Below, piece by piece: positions 1-12,556 of a stretch of DNA of 64,000 nt. The position numbers and the translations under genes are program-made. Position 1 is the stretch's first letter. Every line of letters starts with the position of its first letter. The stretch lies in contig CM059432.1 of assembly GCA_030390025.1 (NCBI GenBank), positions 91,452,001 to 91,516,000 on the forward strand. The letters are read 5' to 3'. The notes beneath the pieces are model-generated. The model did no database searches. It had not been told where the DNA came from and was given only the letters and a program-made list of their open reading frames with translations. The stretch is from Squalus acanthias. Lineage: Eukaryota.

Positions 1-114
1 ACATCAACAGGCATATTATAAATGCAAGTTGTTACTAATGTTGCCACTTCTTAATCCTCCACTTTTTCAGCCTTGCAAAGGCTTCTGGTAGAATGAGATG
101 CTTTTAAAACTCAC

Positions 115-227
115 CAATAAGCTTCAATTTTTGTCCCCCCATTGTGACATTCCCTTTAAATTGTCTCATCCCTTTAAGTTTCACCTATGTGCAATTTTCC
201 TTTCTCTCGACCTGTCTGTGTTTACAC
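115..227 (-). other. Candidate internal exon of an unidentified minus-strand host gene
   Basis: Minus strand has acceptor caactccag|G at 227 and strong donor TTG|gtgagt at 115. It contains ATG-RQFKGNVTMGGQKLKLI. Product not recognised. Confidence 0.25.
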
Positions 228-476
228 CTGGAGTTGTGAATAATTATTCAAATTATACAGAGAATTGAGTGCTATTTGTACTTGACCTTTCAGGTGGGAT
301 TAGCATCTTTTAACCCAGTTAACACAGACAGACCTGCAGATGAAAACCCATTCCATTGATTCCAACATTGGGTGCAAATCATAGAAGCAGAGAAGAAAAA
401 TGAAAAAAAAACTCAATGACATTCAAGTTCAATATGTTTACTTGTTCCTCTCCTGTTCAATATTTGCCTCAGTAAG

Positions 477-1455
477 GGGTCGATTTTTACTGCCTTCACC
501 TGGCATTAACGGGCAGTAATGGCCTGATTCTCGCCTTCATTTTCAAAGGGGCCTACCACCGGGTGTCGACAGCACTCACCTGTTTCTGATGCTAGGCCCC
601 TTTTAATATGGAAATCGGGGTCCTATGATGTAAATAGGACCATGACTGCCATTTTAGGTGCGATTTCCATGGGCGAGGGAAATGAAGAAGCCCACCAAAG
701 GTATGTGTCAAATTATTTTTGTAATAATAGGGGCTGCCCCGGGACTCCACTCTCTGTAATCGAGACCACCCACCCCCCCCGCCGCTGCCCCAGAACTTAC
801 CTTACTGGCACCGGCCACAGCCTGGTCAGAGTCATAGAGTCATAGAGGCACAAAAGGAGTCCATTCGGCCCATCGAGTCTGTGCCGGCTCTCTGTGGAGC
901 GATCCAGTCAGTCCCATTCCCCCACTCTATCCCCGTAGCCCTGCAAGTTTATTTCCCTCAAGTGCCTATCCAGTCTCCCCTTGAAAACATTGAGTGTCTC
1001 CGCTTCCACCACTTCCGTCGGCAGTGAGTTCCAGGTCCTCACCACTCGCTGCGTAAAAATGTTTTCCTCACATCCGACCTATATCTCTTGCCCAAAACCT
1101 TGAATCTGTGTCCCCTAGTCCTTGTACCATCATCTAGTGGGAACAGCCTTTCCCCGTCTAGCCTATCCAAACCCGTCATAATCTTGTACACCTCTATCAA
1201 ACCACCCCTCAACCTCCTTTGCTCTAATGAAAACAAATCCAGCTTCTCCAACCTGTCCTTGTAGCTAAGATCCCCCATCCCCAGAACCATTCTGGTCTTG
1301 AGGCTTTAATCTGGCGAGCTACATTGGGACGCCTGTTTAGCGCTCCGCAGCTTGCCTGTCAAATTGAAATGGAGCCGGGGCCTCAAAGCCACCAAAATGG
1401 GTGGGCAATTAGTGTACTTCACCAATCAGTCACCCAAAATTCAAAAATGACCCTC
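477..1455. mobile_element. Old Harbinger-type non-autonomous element (MITE), interrupted by a CR1 fragment
   Basis: Imperfect terminal inverted repeats gggtcgattttt / aaaaatgaccctc; possible 3-bp TSD AAG (474-476, 1456-1458); GC-rich interior like other MITEs in the window. Confidence 0.45.
828..1291 (-). mobile_element. CR1 LINE, 5'-truncated 3' fragment
   Basis: ORF2 C-terminus (LSYKDRLEKLDLFSLEQRRLRGGLIEVYKIM); (TATGACTC)n tail; TSD CTGGTC (822-827, 1292-1297); closely similar to the CR1 at 20090-21075. Confidence 0.92.
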
Positions 1456-2439
1456 AAGTGTTTACTAGCTTATGCTTTCACAGTGAGTCTCTGGGAACAC
1501 TACTGGGATGTAGAATTATCCCAAACTCCCTTGACATTAGAAATCAGTTTATTTTCACTGGAAACCATGAAGATTTGAGCAGGCTTCCACCAGGTAGGTT
1601 CCCAAACACTCAGTGTGACGGCAGGAGCCAGCAAACACCAAGGCACAGTAAGGAGGGCAGATCAAGGAGGATAACATGAAGGACACTGGGTAGAAACAAT
1701 GGTGTGAGGGGGAATGGGTAGAAACAATGGTGTCAAGGGGAACGGAGAGATACAGATAAAAACAAGAGAGAAGAACAGACAGAAAATAAAACAAAGGAAA
1801 GAACTGGAAAGAGAGAAGTTGAGTAAACAGCACACTATAACCTCAAATTTAAGTAGTGCGCATAAGCAGAAGCACACCAGATAAGTATGAAGAGTTCCTT
1901 TTTGCCTTTGTACCGTTGCGCTGATCTGTACATTGGAAATATTTTTAAAATGTGGCTGTAAAATCGTTAGGACATTGCAGCAGTCGCATAAAAATTTCAT
2001 TTCAGTTTCAAATCTCCTTTCACAGAGCAGGGAGCGCGGTATCTGACATTACACGGTCATTGAAGCTGCCAAATTAATTGGTGCATTAAGTTCAGTAAAT
2101 CATGAAAATATAGACTGGTAGTTACATTTAAATAACTTAAACCTGACAAAATAAACATACGTATATCTAAAACCTGCCGTTAATGTTTCAATTCTAGGTT
2201 TAATGCAATGCTAACCATGGACCAGTTGACTGTTGCTGGATACAAACGGTCTCCAAAGTAAAAAGGGCAATTCCTAAATGCCAACAAACGCCCATAGAAA
2301 GAATTTAACAGCCAACCCAACTCCTCACAAAAACCTTCCATTTACCACCCTTATCTACAGGCATAAATGTTCTATTTTTAAAAATTGCTTATTTCTCCCC
2401 CAGCGTTTTAATAGAGAAAGGAAGCGACTACAAGGAGGA

Positions 2440-2830
2440 GCACGTCCGTTGACAGACACGCACAATACGTGTCAGAAATCTCATTCTTAAGCACTTTCTC
2501 AAAGCTGGGACCCCGCAGCAAAAATAGGCACATTTGCAAACCTTCTCTCCCTTCGCCTTATTTTATCAGCTGCACGCACCGAGAGTAACATCCGAACTGT
2601 GATAAGAGGGCTAAAGCTGTGTTCTCACCCAGTTGCTGACAGCGGTCAGTAAGCGCCAACCCATGTTGCAGTCTGGCAGCGACTGAGCCGTGCGCCTGCC
2701 CGCCACCCCCTGACGTCAGCCAGGTGTGAGCCGGCCCGGCCCGGCGCCGCCACAAGCGCACGCCAGGCAGGGTGGCGGCTTCGTCACTGTCCTTTCATTG
2801 GGCCAGCAAGGCAGGCGAAAGCACCAGGGA
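2440..2830. promoter_or_regulatory. CpG-rich promoter-like region with possible non-coding first exon on minus strand
   Basis: Local CpG/GC enrichment in unique sequence; full CRE TGACGTCA 2711-2718; half-CRE ~2782; CCAAT on minus (ATTGG 2797-2801); minus-strand donor GG|gtgaga at 2629/2628. Confidence 0.55.
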
Positions 2831-3099
2831 AATTGAGAATCGGATTCTGGACCACTGCAAAGGGAAATTTTCCAGCTTTCTCCTTCTCGAATATTAAAAG
2901 GACAATTGTATCTGTACACAGATGTGCCATGATAAATCAGCCAAGTGTCACTCATTATTTTGGTGCTAATGTCATGTGTATGAAAAACAAGCACAGATCA
3001 ATATGTCCACATTGTTTTCAGTTTCTCATTCTTATTGATCATGAATATCATTATAAACAACCCCCTATATAGTTAGTTCTGCAATACATAGACTACATA

Positions 3100-3400
3100 C
3101 ATAGATGGAACTGTTTCCACTGGCAGGAGGGTCCATAACCAGAGGGCATAGATTTAAGGTAATTGGCAAAAGAACCAGAGGGGAGATGAGAATTTTTTTT
3201 ACATGGAGAGTTGTTGTGATCTGGAATGAACTGCCTGAAAGGGTGGTGGAAGCAAATTCGACAGTAACTTTCAAAAGGGAATTGGATAAATATTTTCAAG
3301 GCTATGTGGAAAGGGGTGGGGCTGATTGGATAGCTCTTTCAAAGAACCGGCACAGGCATGATGGACCGAATGGCCTCCTGCGCTGTATGATTCTATGATA
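3100..3400 (+). mobile_element. CR1 LINE 3' fragment
   Basis: LFPLAGGSITRGHRFKV...WNELPERVVEA motif followed by CR1 3' UTR and ATTCTATG tail. Confidence 0.85.
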
Positions 3401-3609
3401 GCACGTGGGGCATCTGGCAATTCCCGAGCGTGGCCAAAAACTGCCCAAAGTCCAACAATGGCTTTTTAATATGTTAATGCTTTTGTTTATGTGTCCGAGG
3501 TCCCTAATCATTGCCTGTAGTAATAACCAATATAATTATGCCACTTAGCAATCACATTCAGTGTAGTATGCTTGTGTAATTTCATTAATAGGTCTATGAT
3601 GGTGAAGAA

Positions 3610-3930
3610 ATACCCGCATTTATATTGCACCTTATCACATCTCTCAGAAACATCACAAAGTGTCTCACAAACATTTAATTGCTGTGAAGTGTAATGACTT
3701 GCTACATAGGCAAACACAAGGGAAAATCCACAAACATAAATGAAAGGAATGACTAAGTGCTTTGGTGGTGATTGACAAAACAATGCTGGCCTGATCAAAT
3801 AGTGCCATAGGATCTTTAACATTGACCTAAGCAACCAAAGTATGGGTCTTGGCTTAACATCTCACCCAAAGGACAGCATCTCGTACAATGAAACAATACT
3901 GCAAACCAGTATCAGCCTAGATTGCAGGGT
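3610..3930 (-). mobile_element. Degenerate tRNA-Deu SINE remnant
   Basis: Alignable to the intact SINE copies at 30221-30672 and 50621-51079 (gcatttatat..., atagtgccataggatcttt...). Confidence 0.55.
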
Positions 3931-3972
3931 ACATTTTAGAAATGTGCACTCCTGGTGTGTAGTATTATCTGT

Positions 3973-4894
3973 AGCACTTCACTCTACCGCAAACCCATGG
4001 ACAACCTCACGATGTTCCACTTCTCCAGCTTCCACCCTAACCACGTTAAAGAAGCCATCCCCTATGGACAAGCCCTGCGAATACACAGGATCTGCTCAGA
4101 CGAGGAGGAACGCGATGGACACCTACAGACGCTGAAAGACGCCCTCGTAAGAACGGGATATGATGCTCAACTCGTCAATCGACAGTTCCGACGGGCCACA
4201 GCGAAAAATCGCATAGACCTCCTCAGAAGACGAACACGGGACACAACCAACAGAGTACCCTACGTCGTCCAGTACTTCCCCGGAGCGGAGAAACTACGCC
4301 ATGTTCTTCGCAGCCTTCAACATGTCATCGATGATGACGAATACCTCGCTAAGGCCATCCCCACGCCTCCACTACTCGCCTTCAAACAGCCGCCTAACCT
4401 CAAACAGACCATCGTTCGCAGCAAATTACCCAGCTTTCAGGAGAACAGCGACCACGACACCACACAACCCTGCCACAGCAACCTCTGTAAGACATGCCAG
4501 ATCATCAACACAGATACCATCATCACACGTGAGGACACCACCCACCAGGTACATGCATGGTACATACTCATGTGACTCGGCCAACGTTGTCTACCTCATA
4601 CGTTGCAAGAAAGGATGCCCCGGAGCATGGTACATTGGCGAGACCATGCAGACACTGCGACAACGTATGAACGGACACCGCGCAACAATCGCCAGGCAGG
4701 AGTGTTCCCTCCCAGTCGGGGAACATTTCAGCAGTCAAAGACATTCAGCCTCCGATCTTCGGGTAAGCGTTCTCCAAGGCGGCCTTCGAGACACACGACA
4801 ACGCAAAATCGTCGAGCAGAAACTGATAGCCAAGTGCCGCACCCATGAGGACGGCCTCAACCGAGATCTTGGGTTAATGTCACGCTACATGTAA
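3973..4894 (+). pseudogene. Penelope RT-thumb/GIY-YIG ORF fragment with one frameshift (~4555)
   Basis: ORFs 3955-4575 and 4301-4894 join to give thumb + CxxC linker + GIY-YIG domain. Confidence 0.9.
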
Positions 4895-5233
4895 CCCCAC
4901 CTGACGTAGAGTCATCCAGACGTGAGTCATCGTTGGCTTGTTCTCTCTACACAGATGCGGCCGGACCTGCTGTGATTTCCAGCAAAAAAAGTAAAACGTT
5001 TTTTGTTTTCCATACAGACTCCAGCATCTGCCACATTTGACCCCTTGTGACCCCACCTCATTGTCTTTGATGTAATGTCTTCCTGACTGACCTGTTTGGA
5101 CACCATCCACACCTTTGATTGCCGTGATTATCTCTCTGCCGAGGTGTGATAAAGGACAGTTAGAAAGATTAACTGTAATCATCTGACAGTGTTCTCTGAC
5201 TATATATGCTGTGCCTATATGCATTTCTTCACT

Positions 5234-5270
5234 TCACCTGACGAAGGAGCAGCGCTCCGAAAGCTTGTGA
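5234..5270 (+). ncRNA. Minimal type-I hammerhead ribozyme motif (Penelope-associated)
   Basis: TCAC-CTGACGA-A-GGAGC agc GCTCC-GAAA-GC-TT-GTGA: stem I TCAC/GTGA, catalytic core, stem II hairpin, palindromic AAGCTT in place of stem III. Confidence 0.8.
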
Positions 5271-5404
5271 TTTCAAATAAAGCTGTTGGACTATAACCTG
5301 GTGTTGTGCAACTTCTCACTTTTGTCCAGCCCAGTCCAACACCGGCATCTCCACATCATATTATCTGTCAGCAGAGCACAGCAAGAATATGGGCATAGAT
5401 GTCA

Positions 5405-5470
5405 GTAGGCCCATGGGATTTTCCATCCATTTAGTTCTAATGGATGCAAAATCCTGTGGGGCCACTAACC
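5405..5470. repeat. Palindromic core of an old MITE
   Basis: ggcccatgggattttccatccatt...aatggatgcaaaatcctgtggggcc imperfect hairpin. Confidence 0.45.
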
Positions 5471-5834
5471 TCTGCATCTGAGTTCCTGATTGGCATTCCT
5501 AGTGGGCAAAGCTGTGTACCATAAACAGAAAGTCATGAAATATACCCTCATAAGCTCACTTGGTTTTTGAGGGAGGCACAACCCACAATCTTTCGACTCA
5601 GAAGCAGGAATACTACCAACTAAGTCAAGAATATACATGTCTGTCTGTCTGTCTATAATATATTACAAAGCTTGTATATCGAGCACACTTCCTGTATGTG
5701 TCCCACTTATGTCCTGTAACACTTTCCCTATCACACTTTGTTATGAAGAATTGTATTGTTAAAAACAACACGTCCTTTGATTTGTGTTGAGCAACACCAC
5801 AAGATATCTGTTAGTAATATGTTAAAAGTCTTAT

Positions 5835-7031
5835 TATTTTTTATTTGTTGATGGGATCTGTGCGTCGCTGGCAAGGCCAACATTTATTGCCCATCCCTAG
5901 TTGCCCTTAAGAAGGTGGTGGTGAGCTGCCTTCTTGAACCGCTGCAGTCCGTGTGGTGAAGGTACTCCCACAGTGCTGTTAGGTAGGGAGTTCCAGGATT
6001 TTGACCCAGCGACGATGAAGGATCGGCGATATACTTCCAAGTCAGGATGGTGTGTGACTTGGAGGGGAACTTGGAGGTGGTGGTGTTCCCATGCGCCTGC
6101 TGCCCTTGTCCTTCTAAGTGGAAGAGGTCGCGGGTTTGGGAGGTGCTGCTGAAGAAGCCTTGGCGAATTGTTGCAGTGCATCTTGTAGATGGTACACACT
6201 GCAGCCATGGTACACCAGTGGTGGAGGGAGTGAATGTTTAAGGTGGTGGATGGGGTGCCAATCAAATGGGCTGCTTTGTCCTGGATGGTGTCGAGCTTCT
6301 TGAGTGTTGTTGCAGCTGCACTCATCCAGGCAAGTGGAGAGTATTCCATCACACTCCTTACTTGTGCCTTGTAGATGGTGGAAAGGCTTTGGGGAGTCAG
6401 GAAGTGAGACACTCGCCGCAGAATACCTAGCCTCTGACCTGCTCTTGTTGCCACAGTATTTATGTGGCAGGTCCAGTTAAGTTTCTGGTCAATGGTGACC
6501 CCCAGGATGTTGATGGTGGGGAATTCGGCGATGGTAATGCCATTGAATGTCAAGGGGAGGTGGTTGGACTCTCGTTTGTTGGAGATAGTCATTGCCTGAC
6601 ACTTCTGTGGCGCGAATGTTACCTGCCTCTTATCAGCCCAAGCCTAAATGACGTCCAGGTCTTGTTGCATGCGGGCATGGACTGCTTCATTATCTGAGGA
6701 GTTGTGAATGGCGCTGAACACTGTGCAGTCATCAGAGAACGTCCCCATTTCTGACCTTATGTTGGAGGGAAGGTCATTGATGAAGCAGCTGAAGATGGTT
6801 GGGCCTAGGACACTGCCCTGAGGAACTCCTGTAGCGATGTCCTGGGGCTGTGATGATTGACCTTCAACCACCACAACCACCTTCCTTTGTGCTGGGTATG
6901 ACTCCAGCCAGTGGAGCGTTTTCCCCCTGATTCCTATTGACTTCAGTTTTACTAGGGCTCCTTGATGCCACACTCGGCCAAATGCTGCCTTGATGTCAAG
7001 GGCAGTCACTCTCACCTCACCCATGGAATTC
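5835..7031 (-). mobile_element. CR1/L2-group LINE, 5'-truncated RT and C-terminus
   Basis: DIKAAFGRVWH, GVPQGSVLGP, FSDD RT motifs; KAQVRSVMEYSPLAW C-terminus; frameshifted. Confidence 0.9.
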
Positions 7032-9029
7032 TGTAAGTGTCACACTTACTTACTGTAACATCACACTTTTGATGTCATATTTAGTTGCGTCAGAATAAAA
7101 TATCAGCAAATCAGAATTTAAGAGGTAGGAAACAAAAATAAGAAAAATGGACAGGAAAATACCAATTTAAAGCTGAAGGATTTATGAAAACAATGTATCC
7201 TAAATGAACAGTCAAGGGAAGTTGGCAATAAAAGAGAGAAGGTAAATCAAGCAAAGCACAAAAACATTGAAAAAATATTATTTGTCATGTTTTCTCAGTA
7301 ACTGATTTTTCCCTTTTCCAAAATAAGGTTTGTAACATAAAAAGTCATAAACATTACATATTTCAGATTAACATGATCAAAAATTAATTATAAAGTTACC
7401 TTTTTTATCTTTGAGTATTACCAGTTAAGTTTTTATTTGAAGGTCACAGGCTCTCCCAAAAGCATGGACTTGAACTTGATATTTTAGGCGTGGGCTGTGG
7501 CTCTGTTGGCTGAAGGCAGATCCTGCAGTCTGAGCCTGTGCTATGTACACAATTTCCAAGTATGCATCCATAGGATGAGGGGTCAAAGCTCGGATGAAAC
7601 AGAATACCAAGATTTACACAGTTTAGTTCGATCTGAGCAAGTGGCTTTCAAGGAAGATGGAATCAGTGGCAAGGATGGAGTTATAGGGGGGGCCAAAAAC
7701 AATGGTTTCAATCTTCTCGATGTTAAATTGGAGGAAGTTGTGGCTCATTCGTAACTTCATGTTGCACAGATCTGATAATACTGATAATCTGATTGTGCGG
7801 TCGAGAGGTGAATTGCAATTTACAGTAGAGTTTTCTCCTCAAAACTTGTGATTTGTTTTCAATACCTTCAGGTCTTGAATTTTCTTTCTACATCTGAAGC
7901 CTCTCTTTTGAACATTTGGCAGATGTCAACCGTGGCAACTTTTCTCATAGATTTATTGAGTGGAACAAGTTGACTTCTCAGGTTTATGATACTTCACTTT
8001 GCATGGGTATTTGAAATGCATCTTGCCTTTGTGAGGTTGAAATTATCAACAAGAAATAGGAGGACATCTATCAGAAATTTCAATTGTCAGAAATTTCAAC
8101 CCCCAAAGACAAGAAGAGCTCCCAATATCTGTACAAAACAAAATAGCTCAGGTAGAGAAATTGATGAATTTGTCTGAAATCCAAGTTTTAAAAGTATGGT
8201 ATCCTTTTCTGTACTACTGTACCCAAGACATTCCCATGGGTCCTCAGCTTTCCAAGAGTGGCTATTGTGGGCCATTCACAGTGAGACAACATGCCCCTGG
8301 GACTGTAAATGATTAGTGCACAGATGTATGGTGTTCTTCATGTGCCTTCTATATCACCAGGTCTTGTTCTATGATGAGAGCAGATGGTACACTATGAACA
8401 CATAGTCATGTTTAACCATTTAGGCACTGTATTATCACCATATGTACTATTATGTGTTTATGCACAATCAATATGTATGGATATCATAAAGTAAAATATT
8501 GCGCACATCATAAAAGATGGCAGTGGATTTTGTAGCATTTGAACATCTGTGGTTTTCCTGAATCTCCCATCAGAATAAATCTACTATTCTCTCTTAAGAT
8601 TGTGAGTTGTTTCAGCTGCCTGTTCCACCATCTATTCCACTGTATGCCCTGAGGCTATGTGCAGGTTATGCCTTTAAGCACAACAACAGTGTGGATTGAG
8701 GCAAGATGTTTTGGTTTATGAAAATATCCTTCCTGCAGCACATTCTTTGTCATCATGGGATAAATAACGTAATTTGCATAATCCTATTATTTTCAATTCT
8801 ACCACCTTACTTGCATCACCCTTACCAATATTTTTCTACTGGAGTACAACTGAAGTTTCTGCCATCAATGGTAGGGTAAAAGGAGAGTGGATGAAAAGAA
8901 GGCTGGAGTCAGAAGAGTAGAATGTTCAGGAGGGAATATGGGGTGGGCTGAAGAGATTGCAGAGATAGGGGAGCCAAATTATTGGGTAGCTTTAAAGATG
9001 GAGATGATGATTTTGAATTTAAAACTATG

Positions 9030-9590
9030 GGGGACAGGCAACCAATATAGCTCATGGATGGTGGGTGAATAGGACTCAGTGCGGAACAGGATATGCATGG
9101 CAGAGTTTGGACAAGTTAAAGAGTGGTGAGAATGTGGAACTCACTGCCACAGGGAGTGGTTGAAGCAAATAGTATGGATGCATTTAAGGGGAGGCTAGAC
9201 AAGCATATGAGGGAAAAGGGAACAGAGGGTTATGCTGATAGATTTAGATGAAGAAAGACGGGAGGAGACTCGTATGGAGCATTTGGACTGGTTGGGCCAA
9301 ATGGCCTGTTTCTGTGCCGTATATCCTATGTAATCCTATGTAAAGTTTATGGAAGGTGGAGGATAGGAGACCAGAAATGAGAGGATTGGAGGTAACATAA
9401 GGATGTAAAAGGGTTTCAGCAACTGCAGTTGGGGTAGAGGCTGGCAGTTTTGTGGAGGTGAAAGTATGTAGTCTTAGTGATGGATATGATATGGGGTTTA
9501 AACTCAGCTTAGGGTCAAACAAGACACGAAGGTTCAGCCTGAGAGTGTGGCAGGCAGAGGAGGGAGATGGAGTCAATAGCAAAAGAGCGT
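9030..9590 (-). mobile_element. Degenerate L2 fragment with an inserted plus-strand CR1 3' tail (~9120-9342)
   Basis: NLRVLFDPKLSL / AETLLHPYVTS L2-like peptides; CR1 UTR ending (ATCCTATGT)n. Confidence 0.6.
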
Positions 9591-10789
9591 AGTTACATCA
9601 TCATCAACAATGACACAAGCTAGAAAACTCCAGTATAAAACCAACTTCTCTATTAAAATAGTTCACTATTATTCTATGAAAGCAAAACATTCCACCAGCA
9701 AAGTCTGTACTGAAATAATACACCATAATATAAACAGTCAAACATTTGTTAGTTTCATCTTAATATTTTCCTCCATTTGGATGCTAGTGTACAAAGTCAT
9801 CAAGAAACTCTTTTGGGAGAATACAATAAATGGGAGAGGGAGGAAATCCTGTAAGGATGTGCAATGTCATTCCTTGCACGTGTAAAATAGCAGCTAAATG
9901 TATAGGAACTGTGGGGAACTGTGGGTCTGTGCACAATAAACTGATAATAATGTCCCAATATTAATAAATGTATCTATGATATGTATACACACTGTCACCA
10001 GGGTACTGAAAGTCCTTGATGAATGATCAGATGAATATTGAAGAAATGATACACCGTGGTATTGGTTAGAGGGTAGTCAAATGAATGTGACAAACAAATA
10101 TTCACCTTGTATCCTGTGAGGCCGTTTCAGGATTTTGTTAGAATAACCACAAGATGGCATTAGTGTGAATTCATACTATGTTAACTTTTAAATGTAAAAC
10201 TAAAATGTGCCCAGATTAAACTCTTCATCAAAAGTCATTACAGTTGAATTCAGAATTATATAAAAATCCAAATAAAAATCCAGATGCAGTAAAATTATAA
10301 TTAAGGCAAATAGAAACTGTGTTCATCTTCTCAAAATAAAAACTGTTAAACAATAGTAGCTATGAATAAAAATTACTGACTTTTTATATCATCTTTTTTA
10401 CACATGAAGACAATTTGAATAACACTGACATTATTACATGAAAAATAAATGTTTACGGATATTCAAAATGAATTGCATATGTATGGCCAAACTTTGCAAA
10501 TCACTGCAATGCCATCAGTAGCTGCTACTCTTAAAATCCTGTTCAAATCTTCTAGAATTCTTATAGTTTTGGCGACAATTCCTGTGAGATGATTTCAAAT
10601 TCTATTACAAAAATCTTAAAGTTGATATGCAGTAATTTGGTGATGAAATTTCTTTTGGAATAGTGCACATTCTAATCTGAAAATGTAGAACTGCTTATCG
10701 TTTAAGTTAGTTATAGATTTATTTCATTTCTAGCAGTCTCTATTTAGTCAAAAAGTACATAACATGTGTGCCAATAATAGGCTTAAGAG

Positions 10790-10985
10790 AGCTTAGTTAG
10801 ATACCATGCCAACTTTTAAGAATAGGTTAGATAAGTGATTGAAGGAAAAGGGAAATAAGGGATATGGAAACACAGCAGGCATATGGGATTAGGACTATTG
10901 CTCGTGTGGAGAATAAACACAAACACAGACTGGGTGGGCTAAATGGCCTGTTTCCGTGTTATATTTTCTATGTAATTCTATGTAA
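10790..10985 (+). mobile_element. CR1 3' UTR fragment
   Basis: gggctaaatggcctgtttcc...ttctatgtaattctatgt tail. Confidence 0.7.
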
Positions 10986-11306
10986 AATGTTGGATTTATA
11001 GATCTCAAATTCATACTGCTTTTACATTTACAGCTAACTATCAATCCAACTTATCCAAAATTCCAGAACTCTGTTGTCCACTCCTATTCCATACTAAGTC
11101 CTGCTCAACCATTACCCCAATGCTCACTGACCTCCACTGACTCACGACCCTCATCCTCAATAAGAGATCCCTCCATGGTTTCATTCAACCCTCTCTCTAC
11201 AACTTTCTCTAGCCTCATGTCTGCGCTTGCACCCTCTGTTCTCCTGAATTTGGACATTTGTTTGTGCACCCTGACCCACTTCATCCATCTTTGCTAGTAG
11301 AGATTT

Positions 11307-12175
11307 GGGGTAATTTTAGCTCGCAAAAACGGGTGGGTTTGGGTTGGGTGGGAAGTAAAAATTCTCGAACCCAAACCCAACACGCCTCGAACCTGTCCAC
11401 TTCCAGTTTTAATGGAGGTGGGATAGTAGCCGAATGACCAACCCGTGCCTAGGAGGTGGGCCCCTCATTTAAACATTTTAATTAGACTGCGTGCCTCAGA
11501 TTTTTCTCTGTTCCAGCTTTAGCACCGGGGTTCCCGGGCATCGGGAATCCCGGCGCTAAAGGGAGGTGAGAACTGCCACATGAAACAGGTAAGTGCTTTT
11601 CCAGCACTGCTTGTGGGCCCAGAGGAGCAGGAGAGGAGAAACCTGTTAACCTCCCCGGCGATTGGACTCCCCTGCAATCCAATGCCCTCCCGATGTCCTC
11701 TATGGCCCGCAATCTCCTCCCGGCCCCCCCCCCCCACTCCCATATCTCCCACAGGCCCCCCCACGATCTTCTCCTCCCCCGCCTGATCTCTCTGGGCCCT
11801 TCCCCGATCTTCTCCCCTCCTCTCCCGAACTCACTGCCCCGCCCCATTGATGTCATCACCCCTGGTCTCTCCGGCCACCCCATTGATGTCCCCTCTGACC
11901 CCACAATCTCTCCAGTCCCCCCATCAATGTCCACCCAGATCTCTCCCTCCCTCATCTCTGCTCCCCGGCTGCAGCCTGTTGCCGCAGGCCTACCCACCCG
12001 ACAGCCAGCCAACCTCTTAATCTGGTTGGCTGCGGCCAAGAAATGGAGTCCAAAAATAGTAATCAGGTCCTGCTGTTTAAATTCGGCAGGACCTAAGGGA
12101 AACCCATTCTTCCAGGTTCCTGACCGCAAAACTGCCGTCCCGCTGCTTCCCCACCTCCCTGTTATTATCGGGATC
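11307..12175. mobile_element. GC-rich non-autonomous DNA element (probably Harbinger-type) inserted in an L2 3' remnant (11040-12370)
   Basis: Starts ggggtaatttt; C-rich low-complexity interior; L2 3' sequence resumes after it; right TIR not clearly seen. Confidence 0.45.
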
Positions 12176-12556
12176 AATATCTCTGCTCTCTGGAATTCTC
12201 TTCTTAACCATTCTGCCTTGCTACAACTCTCCCCGCCTGTAATAGCCTCCTCAGAACTTACACACTTGACCATGCCTTCGGTCGCTTTCCATTCAGTGTT
12301 CATTTCTCCATCCCCCACTTTGTAAACCACCATGGGATGCTAAACGTACTATATAAGTGTATGTTCTTGTTAAGCATATAACAACTGTTTCACCACTTTA
12401 TAAACTTATAAAGGGGAATTGTAACTCCCTGCCAGACAGGAATGGAGCATGTGAGGTGTAAAAAGCAGACAGTGTACTTCCTAGTTCGTTGCTACTCTCT
12501 TTGCTGCTGGTGCCATTTTAACAGCGCTCACTTACCAGACGGCTAAGACTCCTGTG

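Larger units (their letters stand above)
3973..5358 (+). mobile_element. Penelope-like retroelement, 5'-truncated
   Basis: RT thumb (LYRKP, AIPYGQALRIHRICS) and GIY-YIG endonuclease (NVVYLIRC...WYIGET...RMNGH); TSD TATTATCTGT (3963-3972, 5359-5368); hammerhead motif in the 3' repeat. Confidence 0.93.

Noticed and set aside
11482..12333. 283-aa (-) and 210-aa (+) ORFs
   Set aside because: They arise from C/G-skewed low-complexity sequence in a non-autonomous element and an L2 remnant; no domain motifs
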